The notes: generated by a model from the letters alone, not told the origin. A DNA stretch of 64,000 nt from Rhynchopus sp. YZ270_cl-10 (GCA_964035575.1 OZ037846.1:1-64000), one strand, 5' to 3'; shown: positions 10,274-22,821, numbered from the stretch's first letter. A program made the numbers and translations.

Positions 10274-13198
10274 CTACTGCAGGACATCGTCAGACACTCT
10301 CATCCCCGACGCCTCCTCCACGACGTGACCAAACCTGTTGGGACTCAAACTCACGCCCTGACCTGCCAGCTTCTGTCGGGACCCCCAGTCGGCGGGCATC
10401 TCGTCGGTCTTAATCCACCTGATGTGAAGGTGTGCCTTCGCTGCGGAGAGTCGCGTGCTCATCCTCCTCAGAATGGAGTTGCCCAGGCGGGTGCGGGAGT
10501 GGCCTCTCCTGAGGACATACTTCACCGCCTCGTTGTCCACGAAAAGAACGATAGCTGTGTGGCCGCCCTCCAAAGCTGCTGCCATGCCCTTCTCAGCCGC
10601 ACGCAGCTCCAACACAAACATCTCTCCAGAGGTGTGCGTCGATTCCCACCGTCCGTGCCTTTCGACGCCAGAAAAAGAGTTCTGCAGCTTCGACACCCAG
10701 CCCCAGCCTGTCGTGGACGCGTCGGTCCATACTGCGATGGAGAAATGTATCGGGGGCGGAGAGGGGAAGGGAACCGTCACACAAGTCTGAATGTTCGCCA
10801 CAGCGAAAGCTGCCAACTCCTCCTTCGTCGCAACGTGCATGGCCACGTCGTCATCCCATGACAGCTTCTTGCGGGAGACGAGTTGTGCTTTACTGCGCAC
10901 GAACTGCAAAGTGTGGCAAAGAAAACATAGCTTGAAATCCAGGACGTACGCGGCTCTGAACACAAGTCCGCATACCTTCCACCATTTTCGTAGGGAACAG
11001 GTCTCCAGCTTCAGGGTGTCATGAATGATGCGTGATGACTTTAACCTCCACTCCTCTGGTAACGAAAAAGATTGCAACGGAAGGTTCCACACTATGCCGA
11101 TGAGGTCAACGACTTCAGCCGGTTTAGCCATGGACTTCTTCACGTTTACCTCCGCACCCGCACGCTGCAGACGGTCACGCACAAAAGCCGTCTTAGCCGC
11201 CGCCTCAGCAGGATATGCACCCCACACAAAAATGTCGTCAAGGTACACAACACCCCATTTGTTCAGAATGGGGCCAAGAAAAATCTCAGAAGTGTTCTGC
11301 GCGATGTACGGCGCGTACGCAAAACCCATGGGTAGACGCGCCCATCTAAACCAACGTCCCCCAGCCTGCACACAAAAATATTTGGACACCTCGGGTGAGA
11401 GGGGGAACTGGTGGAAATACCCCTTTAGGTCGGTCTGTTGAGCAAAGCGTGCGTTTGACACCTTAAGCATTGTTGCAAGCTTGTGGGGGTTGACCAGGGA
11501 GAAAGGCTGTGGCTTGGCGATCCTTTTGTTAACAGGACGTCCATCCACCACTAGCCTCCGCAGTTGCGGGTCACTCTTCGGGACGTCAAAAACGCAAACT
11601 GCGCCCTTCTTGCGGTCAGTCCGAGCAAGAGGAATCAATACCTTCGACTTCACGCACTCCGACACAAAAGAATTTGGGATTTTTGACTTCGGGCCAGGGA
11701 GCGGGATCGGTCCAGATAAAGCATCTGCAATCTTACGTCCGGAAGTACACCACTGCAGGAAATCAGAGTCCTTCCCTACCTCCTCAGCCATCCTGCGCAC
11801 GGCCTCCAACACGATTAGGCCCGTGGGGAAAGAATCAAGGCTTTTCTTTATGATGGGGGGGGGCTTGCAGAGCCCCACGGGGAAGTAGTCGGGGTCAGGC
11901 ACCTCTATCCCCTCGTCGCAGACTGGTAGGGGATATTTCGCCCCGTTGATCAGTGCAGCAACTGCAGGGTCTTCAGCTCCTCCGTCTCCCTCATCCGTGC
12001 AGATACGTTCGTCGCGTTCAGGTATGCCGCTGTCTGCCCCACGTTGCTGTGTCGCAGGAGTAGACGCATTCTTTCGTTTGATGCCCCCTGCAGTTGAATC
12101 GCTTGCGCCGCTCCTCTCTTGAATGAGTGCATCCACGTCCCCTTTGGCATGACCTTGCGAATGCGCTCCATCAGCGACTCGAACTCTCGTGTGTTGCCCC
12201 CCATCACGGTGTTGTGGTGTTGCACAGTTCTCCAAAAAGACACCGCGATTGCTGTTAGAGGACCCGGAGGAAGATAGATGGGGGGGCGAGCCACCAGGAC
12301 GCCCTTCTCCTTCGCAAATAGTTCTGCTCCTACCTTGATCGGCGACTCCCCTGCACAATGAATCTCGCGCCAATCCGATTTGTTCAGAAAACGTAGGTCT
12401 GGGACGCGGGACCTCGTAATGTAGGACATCGCAGCTAAAGCGGCGGCATGTTGGTCTCCGGCCTTGACAAGCTTGTTCACGCCGGTGATGACATCGGAGG
12501 GAGGAAGAGGTGGCGCCTGTCTCGGACGTACCGCCGCAGATAGTCTTCTGAGCGCCTTCTTTGCCCCCAATACACGGACCGTTGCGACCCCTCTGATCCC
12601 TCGCCGCTTGCACTCTCGCAGGATCTTGCACATGTAGCCTACTACGGAGCGGGGGGCCGCCGTACGTAGCCTGCGGTGCGCGAACTGCAGAAGATGCACT
12701 TCCTTGCTCAGATGAGGAGCAGTTGCGCAGCCCCTCAGGAAATCGCTCCACACTCGTTGCACCTCTCCTTGGGTCGTTGGGGCAGTCGCGTGCAGGTGCA
12801 GTTCGTCCCACGGAATCCTCTCGTGCATCGCCCTCCCCAGGGCCTTTCCATCCCTGATGGAGAAAAAGTTGTGGTCGACCAAATTGCGGGGACCTCCTTT
12901 CGCTCGTGGTAGCCGCGATGCGAATCTTGTCGTTGGGGAAGGTGGTGGAGACAGATTTGGAGGAGGGCATACGCCCCATCGTAGTGGTGCCGGCTCTTCT
13001 TCCGCTTGGTGCAGGCCAACGTGTAGGCTGTCTGGGCGCAAAGCTGCCTTGTTGTTCTTGTTTTGGCGCAAAGCTGCCTTCTTGTTGTTCTCTTTTGGGC
13101 GCAAAGCTGCCTTGTTGTTTGGGCGCAAAGCTGCCGAATTGTTGACCTTTTTGTCTTTGTCTTTTATCAGGCGCGAAGCTGCCAAATTGTTTTTGTCT

Positions 13199-13231
<33 letters not shown>

Positions 13232-13492
13232 TTGTTCTTGTTTTTGATTTTGATTTTGTTTTTTCTCAGGCGCAACGAAGCAGCCGATGTTTTTTGTCCC
13301 AGGTGCACTGAAGCCGCTGGTTCGCTCTCCCACTTCCATCTCTCTCTGGTCAGTGGTGCCGTAGTTACTACCTGCGAGGGGCGTAGGAATGGTTCCGAAA
13401 AAACCAGTTCGGGCGTTGGTTGGCACCTCCTCTGGAGTGCCGCGGCTTGTTTTCTGTTCTCGGACGCTTAGGTGCCCTTCCTCCCTGTGCAT
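10274..13492 (-). CDS. Reverse transcriptase + RNase H with a long low-complexity N-terminal extension
   Basis: RT motifs FDVPKS..RLVVDGRPVN, TDLKGYFHQF, LPMGFAYAP, VYLDDI; RNase H motifs WTDAS, LELRA, VDNEAV, MPADWGSR. First ATG at 13492; the true start is uncertain. Confidence 0.93.
11950..13308 (-). CDS. Tyrosine recombinase of the retroelement, nested in a different frame within the RT ORF
   Basis: Catalytic signature R (TRSRVPDL), K (KEKG), H-x-x-K-R (HSFKRGAA), H (LLRHS), Y (AAYL). First in-frame ATG at 12828. Confidence 0.9.
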
Positions 13493-14486
13493 GAGATGTC
13501 GGAGCCTTTCTCTTCTGTCCAACCCCTGCTGCTGCCTTCAGGGCGGCTTTCCTGTCCGAGGAGACCCCGTTTGAGGCGGTCATGGATTTGGAGAAGGCCT
13601 GGGCCGCCTCCCATCCTTCCTTCGCCCGGATGCCTAGGTGCATCACAGAGTTGAGGAGACCGGACAGGATGTCGTTCGGTGGGGAACCTTCCAAGATGCT
13701 GAACATGATATCCATGCTCGCCTTGATGGCATCCCTGGCGTCCCCTTGCTCCCTTGGCAGGTACATCTCGGTGAGGCGGTTGCGGAGGGTAAGCAGCTGT
13801 ACCTCCGAGAGCTCGTGCCATTTGTCCGGGACGAGCAGTACATTGTCCACTGTGAGCTTCTTGGTAGGGGCGGAAGCCTCGCCTTCGCTCTCGCTATCCC
13901 CGATGCTCGCATCCTTCTTCTCATCCTCTGACTTGTCCTCATGTGTAGGGAGGGGGGGGGCGGGGGGGGCAGGGTGTTGTGTGTTGGAACGAGGGGTGAA
14001 GTGCACGGTGAGGCGTTCGCGCTCCTCGTCCCTCTCTGCGTCTCTCACGCTCTCCGCCGCAAACGCTTCAGCAACGGTGTTCACGGAGGCGGGAGGGGTA
14101 GGCACTTCGGGGGAGTGAGGCAGCTCGGCGTCGCCCTCCCTCACGACAGCTCCAAAAAGCTCGTCTCCCAGCCTCTTCCGGAGGACTCCAAGGAGCAATA
14201 GAAGACGCAGACAGGGAACATCTGTCCAGTCCGAGGGCACAGTTCCCGTGACGCGTGCCAACGCAGCGCGCACGTGTTCCTCCCCGAAATCTTCCTTCTC
14301 CCCCCGGAAATCCTCAAACGTCCGGACGCACAGCGCGCCCGTGACGGACTCCCAGGCGTTTCCCAGTGCAGACTTCACGGCGTCCGACGAATCCGCAACG
14401 ATGTTCGCAACATCTCGCGACATCCGGAACGACCGTGACCCACTCTTGGCCCTGAGCGACTCCAGCGCTTCATCCATAGTGGTCAT
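13368..14486 (-). CDS. ORF1, gag-like by position
   Basis: 372-aa ORF first on the sense strand, helical/acidic middle and basic C-terminus; no recognisable domain. Confidence 0.65.
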   Translation of the reverse strand: MTTMDEALESLRAKSGSRSFRMSRDVANIVADSSDAVKSALGNAWESVTGALCVRTFEDFRGEKEDFGEEHVRAALARVTGTVPSDWTDVPCLRLLLLLGVLRKRLGDELFGAVVREGDAELPHSPEVPTPPASVNTVAEAFAAESVRDAERDEERERLTVHFTPRSNTQHPAPPAPPLPTHEDKSEDEKKDASIGDSESEGEASAPTKKLTVDNVLLVPDKWHELSEVQLLTLRNRLTEMYLPREQGDARDAIKASMDIMFSILEGSPPNDILSGLLNSVMHLGIRAKEGWEAAQAFSKSMTASNGVSSDRKAALKAAAGVGQKRKAPTSHAQGGRAPKRPRTENKPRHSRGGANQRPNWFFRNHSYAPRR

Positions 14487-14880
14487 GAGGGCGAGACTGG
14501 GGAAACACAACACAAAATACTGATGAAGGTGGTGGTGAGATTTCCCCGTAACGTCCTCAACCAACCTTGCCGAAGCAAGTGGTAAGCAATAACAACAAAA
14601 GGGCACGTAGCAATAGAGAAATGGTACGCGCAAAAAAAAAAAAAAAAAAAAAATATATCCATAGCGAAAAAGGGGGAGGGGGAAAAGACTTTCTTATTCG
14701 CGACATATTTTATCCTAGAGACCCCCCTGGCGTAGCAAAGCTACTTAAACAAGTTTACAGTATGTGTGTGGGTGTGTGTGGGTGTGTGTGGGTGGGTGGC
14801 GCACACCTCTAAAGTAAAAACTAAAAAACTAAGGTTTTTTAGAATTGGTACTGCTGGCATGCTTCCCAGCACAGCAACAG

Positions 14881-15747
14881 GTGGAGCTGTGGAGCTGTGG
14901 AGCTGTGGAGCTGTGGAACTGTGGAGCTGTGGAGCTGTGGAGCTGTGGAGCTGTGGAGCTGTGGAGCTGTGGAGCTGTGGAGCTGTGGAGCTGTGGAGCT
15001 GTGGAGCTGTGGAGCTGTGGAGCTGTGGAGCTGTGGAGCTGTGGAGCTGTGGAGCTGTGGAGCTGTGGAGCTGTGGAGCTGTGGAGCTGTGGAGCTGTGG
15101 AGCTGTGGAGCTGTGGAGCTGTGGAGCTGTGGAGCTGTGGAGCTGTGGAGCTGTGGAGCTGTGGAGCTGTGGAGCTGTGGAGCTGTGGAGCTGTGGAGCT
15201 GTGGAGCTGTGGAGCTGTGGAGCTGTGGAGCTGTGGAGCTGTGGAGCTGTGGAGCTGTGGAGCTGTGGAGCTGTGGAGCTGTGGGCTGTGGAGCTGTGGA
15301 GCTGTGGAGCTGTGGAGCTGTGGAGCTGTGGAGCTGTGGAGCTGTGGAGCTGTGGAGCTGTGGAGCTGTGGAGCTGTGGAGCTGTGGAGCTGTGGAGCTG
15401 TGGAGCTGTGGAGCTGTGGAGCTGTGGAGCTGTGGAGCTGTGGAGCTGTGGAGCTGTGGAGCTGTGGAGCTGTGGAGCTGTGGAGCTGTGGAGCTGTGGA
15501 GCTGTGGAGCTGTGGAGCTGTGGAGCTGTGGAGCTGTGGAGCTGTGGAGCTGTGGAGCTGTGGAGCTGTGGAGCTGTGGAGCTGTGGAGCTGTGGAGCTG
15601 TGGAGCTGTGGAGCTGTGGAGCTGTGGAGCTGTGGAGCTGTGGAGCTGTGGAGCTGTGGAGCTGTGGAGCTGTGGAGCTGTGGAGCTGTGGAGCTGTGGA
15701 GCTGTGGAGCTGTGGAGCTGTGGAGCTGTGGAGCTGTGGAGCTGTGG

Positions 15748-15784
<37 letters not shown>

Positions 15785-16182
15785 GGCTTAGAGTTTTTGT
15801 TGTGAGGGTGGTGGGAAGGAAACGCGATGGGGAAATAAAGCACAGTGGATAACCCTTTCCAGATGAAAGTGAGGGTAAGAGGTAGAAAATGACTAAGAGG
15901 CACTGGGGCGACTACAGACATTATCATCCACTGAAAAGAAACTGAAAAGAAAAACAAATGGAACAACAATAACACAAACGGGGCAGAAGGAACACCGGCA
16001 CCACAGGGTGTGTGAGACACTGTGAAATTCGCTGAAATCGCAGGGCTACTCCAGAAAACTGTGAGGGGGGTGGGAAATTGTGGGAAACAAACAAAGGACA
16101 AGAGAAATTGTTTTCTGTACATCTAATCATTCACAAAAAATTTATTTACATTCTACCTTCTAGAAAAAAAAACTGTACAGCA

Positions 16183-16237
<55 letters not shown>

Positions 16238-16503
16238 TGGAGCTGTGGAGCTGTGGAGCTGTGGAGCTGTGGAGCTGTGGAGCTGTGGAGCTGTGGAGCT
16301 GTGGAGCTGTGGAGCTGTGGAGCTGTGGAGCTGTGGAGCTGTGGAGCTGTGGAGCTGTGGAGCTGTGGAGCTGTGGAGCTGTGGAGCTGTGGGCTGTGGA
16401 GCTGTGGAGCTGTGGAGCTGTGGAGCTGTGGAGCTGTGGAGCTGTGGAGCTGTGGAGCTGTGGAGCTGTGGAGCTGTGGAGCTGTGGAGCTGTGGAGCTG
16501 TGG

Positions 16504-16540
<37 letters not shown>

Positions 16541-16947
16541 GGCTTAGAGTTTTTGTTGTGAGGGTGGTGGGAAGGAAACGCGATGGGGAAATAAAGCACA
16601 GTGGATAACCCTTTCCAGATGAAAGTGAGGGTAAGAGGTAGAAAATGACTAAGAGGCACTGGGGCGACTACAGACATTATCATCCACTGAAAAGAAACTG
16701 AAAAGAAAAACAAATGGAACAACAATAACACAAACGGGGCAGAAGGAACACCGGCACCACAGGGTGTGTGAGACACTGTGAAATTCGCTGAAATCGCAGG
16801 GCTACTCCAGAAAACTGTGAGGGGGGTGGGAAATTGTGGGAAACAAACAAAGGACAAGAGAAATTGTTTTCTGTACATCTAATCATTCACAAAAAATTTA
16901 TTTACATTCTACCTTCTAGAAAAAAAAACTGTACAGCACAAAAAAAA
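14881..16947. repeat. Tandem module: (GGAGCTGT)n - poly(T) - ~410-bp unit - poly(A), two copies
   Basis: Satellite at 14881-15750 and 16236-16506; essentially identical units at 15781-16183 and 16537-16947. Confidence 0.95.
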
Positions 16948-17401
16948 TAACTAATTATTAGCGTGAAATAAAGTGCACTTTTTTTCACGCCCACGTAATT
17001 TTGGCTCACGAGTGAGAGTTTATTGCCCGAGCCGCAGGCGAGGGCAATAATAGAGCACGAGTGAGACAAAATACGTGGAAGTGAAAAAACGCACTTTATT
17101 TCAAACTAATACGTAGTTTTGTTTTACAAGTGAAAATGATATTTTTGCTGGGATCCTTCACAAACGAGACGTAAAATAGAGTGATTTTATGAACAAAATG
17201 TGGGTACCTGTAAGTGAGAGTGTGAATGAGAGTAGGGGAACATGTGAACATCAATCAAAAGCAGGGAAGGGGTTACTTTTTTTGATATATGCCTCCTATG
17301 ACTGGTACTAATTACAAGATGTCACCACTCATCTCGCCTGTAGGGGGGGGGCAGGTGTATAGAGCATCACAGAAGGGGGGTTTTTTTTTTTGCACTCATG
17401 A

Positions 17402-18418
17402 TCATGGTTTGTTCTGTTGCACATTGATGTTAATCTTGACTTCTTGTGGCGTCTGAGTTGGGGGACTGTTGTTCTGTGTCAACAGCTGTGACATCGCAAC
17501 TTGACCGGCCTGTGTGACTTCGGTGTACCTTTGTGGCATTGCCTGACTGACCCACCCATAGTGGCGTTGCATCTGTACAATAGATGCTCCTGCCTCAGCG
17601 GCTTGAGTCGCAGAAGACCTGCGGAAGCTGTGCCCAGTGTACGAACCGTCCAGCGCAAGCACCCTCGCGACTTCTGCAGGTATGCCGTACATTTTGTTGA
17701 TGCCAAGAGGTTGCACACGAAAGGTCCCAGTAGTAGTTCTGTCAGCTGTCGTCTTAGTTCCAGTGATGAAGAAGCGACCCTCCTGTGAAACTGGTGAGCG
17801 CCGGTTCAGGTACTCCTCCACCACACAAAAGTAGATGCTGTCTCTTGGTACCACAAACCTCCCACGCTCCATGTCGGCCTTTTTCACCTTAGCACAGTGC
17901 TGGTACGTGAAGAGGTATCCCACTGGTGATTCCTGATAATTTGTCATCTCAAGCATCAGTGCTTCTGTGCATCTCATTCCCGACAGAAAACACACCGCGA
18001 CGTAAGCCTTGCGGACACACCAGTAGCAGTCGCTCAACTCGCTCATCTTGAGAAACATCTCCACTTCTCCCTTCGAAAACGTCTTGCTCTTCTTCGTCGA
18101 TTCGTCACTTCCCCAGGTCTTCAGCAACAGCCCGATGCGGTGGTACTCCTTTAGTGAAAAGTCGAACTCCGTCTTGAACATAAAGTTGAGCTTAGAGTAG
18201 CACGACCATAATGAGCTGGCTTTGTAGCTGCGTTCTTCGCGCAGGTGTGTCAAGTAAGAGACCACATGTTCTTCTCTTGGCTGCTTCCGCCCCGTGATTT
18301 TATTGTGTTGTAAAAACTTATTCCACTCCGTTTTGTATGCAGTGCTTGACTTCAACCCTGCCAGAAGCTCGGTCTCATACAGATCCTCCATAGCCTCCTT
18401 CTTCTTGGTCCTTGGCAT
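17402..18418 (-). CDS. Tyrosine recombinase, Crypton-type (338 aa, intact)
   Basis: SGMRCTEA (R), YTGHSFRRSSAT (HxxR), RHYGW (W), QRY (Y); N-terminal SSLWSCYSKL...KKSKTFSKGEV core-binding-like segment recalls CryptonI-type YRs. Confidence 0.92.
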   Translation of the reverse strand: MPRTKKKEAMEDLYETELLAGLKSSTAYKTEWNKFLQHNKITGRKQPREEHVVSYLTHLREERSYKASSLWSCYSKLNFMFKTEFDFSLKEYHRIGLLLKTWGSDESTKKSKTFSKGEVEMFLKMSELSDCYWCVRKAYVAVCFLSGMRCTEALMLEMTNYQESPVGYLFTYQHCAKVKKADMERGRFVVPRDSIYFCVVEEYLNRRSPVSQEGRFFITGTKTTADRTTTGTFRVQPLGINKMYGIPAEVARVLALDGSYTGHSFRRSSATQAAEAGASIVQMQRHYGWVSQAMPQRYTEVTQAGQVAMSQLLTQNNSPPTQTPQEVKININVQQNKP

Positions 18419-18515
18419 GATTTGTAGGGTGGAGTGTGTGGTTTTGTGACTGACAGAAAACAGTGAAACTTTTTTTCACGCCAGTGAAACTTTTTTTCAC
18501 GCCTCCAGCGAAATT

Positions 18516-20798
18516 TGGTGACGGGCTAAAAAACCTGTCGTTCTTGTGTGACACTTCCATGGAAACGTGATGAGGACCTCTCTTTTTTTACAGGTGGTTT
18601 TTTTTTGTATGCACCTCACGCACTGGGCAGGTGGTCCGCTATTCGCTTCCCACGGGGCGCTCGCGTGCGCGCTTCGCGCGCCCGCTCGCGGTAACGTGTA
18701 CAAAAAAACTTCACTTGTGCCTTCATGAACTGGCTTTTCAGGTGAAAAGTGGCCTGGTAAAAAGAGGTGTTTTTGTGGTAAACGCCAGATGGTCAAAAGA
18801 GTGATCTGACCATATTCCCCAGGTATAACTGGTACTCAAAAAGTTCATTAACGAAGGAATCTTGCACTTTTGACCATCACATATTACATGTGTTTTTTCA
18901 GGTTTTTCAATGCACTTTCCTGTACTGGGAAGCATGCCACAAGTGTCATGTTTTACAAGGTAAAAATGACCAAAAAAGCTGATTTTTGGCCGAATGCCAC
19001 ATGTCATTTGGCAGTCCATTTTTTGAACAGGACTGTCTTAAATTTGGTGACGGGCTAAAAAACCTGTCGTTCTTGTGTGACACTTCCATGGAAACGTGAT
19101 GAGGACCTCACCTTTTTTTACAGGTGGTTTTTTTTGTAAGGACCTCACACACTGGGCAGGCGGTCAGCTATTCGCTTCCCGCGGGGCGTTCGCGTGCGCG
19201 CTTCGCGCGCCCGCTCACGGTAACGTGTACAAAAAAACCTCACTCGTGCCTTCATGAACTGGCCTGTAAAGTGTAAAGTGGCCTGTAAAAAGTGGTGTTT
19301 TTGTGGTAAACGCCAGATGGTCAAAAGAGTGATCTGAGCATATTCCCCAGGTATAACTGGTACTCAAAAAGTTCATTAACGAAGGAATCTTGCACTTTTG
19401 ACCATCACATATTAGATGTGTTTTTTCAGGTTTTTCAATGCACTTTCCTGTACTGGGAAGCATGCCACAAGTGTCATGTTTTACAAGGCAAAATGACCAA
19501 AAAAGCTGATTTTTGGCCGAATGCCACATGTCATTTGGCAGTCCAATTTCTGAACACGACTGAAAAAAAATTTTTTTTTGGGCCTCAATACCCCCAAACA
19601 ACACGTTAAGCCCAAAAAATTCACTTTTGGATGAGCAACTATTTATTTAAAAAAATCGATTTTTTGGTCAAATCCCCTCTGGTGGTGAGGGGGTGTGTGT
19701 GTGTGTGTGTGGGTGTGTGTGGGTGTGTGTGTGTAGTGTGTGTGGTGTGGGTGGCGCACATCTCTATAGTAAAGACTAAAAAACTAAGGTTTTTTAGGAT
19801 TTTTTTTTTGGGCCTCAATACCCCCAAACAACACGTTAAGCCCAAAAAATTCACTTTTGGATGAGCAACTATTTATTTAAAAAAATCGATTTGGTGACGG
19901 GCTAAAAAACCTGTCGTTCTTGTGTGACACTTCCATGGAAACGTGATGAGGACCTCACTTTTTTTTACAGGTGGTTTTTTTTGTAAGCACCTCACACACT
20001 GGGCAGGCGGTCAGCTATTCGCTTCCCGCGGGGCGTTCGCGTGCGCGCTTCGCGCGCCCGCTCACGGTAACGCATCACAAAAAAACCTCACTCATGCCTT
20101 CATGAACTGGCTTTTCAGGTGAAAAGTGCCCTGTTAAAAAGTGGTGTTTTTGTGGTACATGACAGATGGTCAAAAGAGTGATCTGACCATATTCCCCAGG
20201 TATAACTGGTACTCAAAAAGTTCATTAACGAAAGAATCTTGCACTTTTGACCATCACATATTACATGTGTTTTTTCAGGTTTTTCAATGCACTTTCCTGT
20301 ACTGGGAAGCATGCCACAAGTGTCATGTTTTACAAGGTAAAAATGACCAAAAAAGCTGATTTTTGGCCGAATGCCACATGTCATTTGGCAGTCCAATTTC
20401 TGAACACGACTGAAAAAAAATTTTTTTTTGGGCCTCAATACCCCCAAACAACACGTTAAGCCCAAAAAATTCACTTTTGGATGAGCAACTATTTATTTAA
20501 AAAAATCGATTTTTTGGTCAAATCCCCCTGGTGGTGAGGGGGTGTGTGTGTGTGTGTGTGTGGGTGTGTGTGGGTGTGCTGTGTGTGGGTGTGTAGTGTG
20601 TGTGGTGTGGGTGGCGCACATCTCTATAGTAAAGACTAAAAAACTAAGGTTTTTTAGGATTTTTTGGTCAAATCCCCTCTGGATGGTGAGGGGGTGTGTG
20701 GGTGGGTGTGTGGGTGTGTGTGGGTGTGGGTTTGCGGGTGTGTGGTGTGGGTGGCGCACATCTCTATAGTAAAGACTAAAAAACTAAGGTTTTTTAGG
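18516..20798. mobile_element. ATT element E1 with nested E2 (19045-19798) and E3 (19892-20658)
   Basis: Every junction reads ATT|tggtgacggg ... ttttttagg|ATT; removing E2 and E3 restores a contiguous E1. Confidence 0.92.
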
Positions 20799-22821
20799 AT
20801 TACTAAGAGCAAGCGTGAAAAAAAGCTCACTTTATTTGGTGACGGGCTAAAAAACCTGTCGTTCTGTGTGACACTTCCATGGAAACGTGATGAGGACCTC
20901 CCTTTTTTTACAGGTGGTTTTTTTTGTAAGCACCTCACACACTGGGCAGGCGGTCAGCTATTCGCTTCCCGCGGGGCGTTCGCGTGCGCGCTTCGCGCGC
21001 CCGCTCACGGTAACGTGTACAAAAAAACCTCACTCGTGCCTGTAAAGTGGCCTGTTAAAAAGTGGTGTTTTTGTCGTAAACGCCAGATGGTCAAAAGAGT
21101 GATCTGACCATCTTTCCCCAGGTATAACTGGTACTCAAAAAGTTCATTAACGAAAGAATCTTGCACTTTTGACCATCACATATTACATGTGTTTTTTCAG
21201 GTTTTTCAATGCACTTTCCTGTACTGGGAAGCATGCCACAAGTGTCATGTTTTACAAGGTAAAAATGACCAAAAAAGCTGATTTGGTGACGGGCTAAAAA
21301 ACCTGTCGTTCTTGTGTGACACTTGCATGGAAACGTGATGAGGACCTCACCTTTTTTTACAGGTGGTTTTTTTTGTAAGGACCTCACACACTGGGCAGGC
21401 GGTCAGCTATTCGCTTCCCGCGGGGCGTTCGCGTGCGCGCTTCGCGCGCCCGCTCACGGTAACGTGTACAAAAAAACCTCACTCGTGCCTTCACGAACTG
21501 GCCTGTAAAGTGGCCTGTAAAAAGTGGTGTTTTTGTGGTAAACGCCAGATGGTCAAAAGAGTGATCTGACCATATTCCCCAGGTATAACTGGTACTCAAA
21601 AAGTTCATTAACGAAGGAATCTTGCACTTTTGACCATCACATATTACATGTGTTTTTTCAGGTTTTTCAATGCACTTTCCTGTACTGGGAAGCATGCCAC
21701 AAGTGTCATGTTTTACAAGGCAAAAATGACCAAAAAAGCTGATTTTTGGCCGAATGCCACATGTCATTTTGGCAGTCCAATTTCTGAACACGACTGAAAA
21801 AAAATTTTTTTTTGGGCCTCAATACCCCCAAACAACACGTTAAGCCCAAAAAATTCACTTTTGGATGAGCAACTATTTATTTAAAAAAATCGATTTTTTG
21901 GTCAAATCCCCCTGGTGGTGAGGGGGTGTGTGTGTGTGTGTGTGTGGGTGTGTGTGGGTGTGCTGTGTGTGGGTGTGTAGTGTGTGTGGTGTGGGTGGCG
22001 CACATCTCTATAGTAAAGACTAAAAAACTAAGGTTTTTTAGGATTTTTGGCCGAATGCCACATGTCATTTGGCAGTCCAATTTCTGAACACGACTGAAAA
22101 AAAATTTTTTTTTGGGCCTCAATACCCCCAAACAACACGTTAAGCCCAAAAAATTCACTTTTGGATGAGCAACTATTTATTTAAAAAAATCGATTTTTTG
22201 GTCAAATCCCCCTGGTGGTGAGGGGGTGTGTGTGTGTGTGTGTGTGGGTGTGTGTGGGTGTGCTGTGTGTGGGTGTGTAGTGTGTGTGGTGTGGGTGGCG
22301 CACATCTCTATAGTAAAGACTAAAAAACTAAGGTTTTTTAGGATTTGGTGACGGGCTAAAAAACCTGTCGTTCTTGTGTGACACTTCCATGGAAACGTGA
22401 TGAGGACCTCACTTTTTTTTACAGGTGGTTTTTTTTGTAAGCACCTCACACACTGGGCAGGCGGTCAGCTATTCGCTTCCCGCGGGGCGTTCGCGTGCGC
22501 GCTTCGCGCGCCCGCTCACGGTAACGTGTACAAAAAAACCTCACTCGTGCCTGTAAAGTGGCCTGTTAAAAAGTGGTGTTTTTGTGGTAAACGCCAGATG
22601 GTCAAAAGAGTGATCTGACCATATTCCCCAGGAAAAACTGGTACTCAAAAAGTTCATTAACGAAGGAATCTTGCACTTTTGACCATCACATATTACATGT
22701 GTTTTTTCAGGTTTTTCAATGCACTTTCCTGTACTGGGAAGCATGCCACAAGTGTCATGTTTTACAAGGTAAAAATGACCAAAAAAGCTGATTTTTGGCC
22801 GAATGCCACATGTCATTTGGC

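Larger units (their letters stand above)
9900..14727 (-). mobile_element. Tyrosine-recombinase retrotransposon with gag-YR-RT/RNaseH order (VIPER/TATE-like)
   Basis: Three uninterrupted overlapping ORFs; identical 30-bp direct repeats at 9977-10006 and 14479-14508; ~24-bp inverted repeats at 9900-9924 and 14704-14727. Confidence 0.88.
8603..14843. mobile_element. Long divergent member of the ATT family, hosting the YR retrotransposon in its GT microsatellite
   Basis: Same left end at 8603 (head-to-tail with E0) and same right end at ~14820-14843 followed by ATT; 9510-9830 is homologous to the family interior. Confidence 0.75.

Noticed and set aside
14520..14560. Hammerhead ribozyme at CTGATGA
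   Set aside because: No properly placed GAAA or supporting stems.
15781..16183. Spliced-leader RNA gene repeat
   Set aside because: Only a short TTTCTGTAC match; the rest of the SL exon and the donor site are absent.
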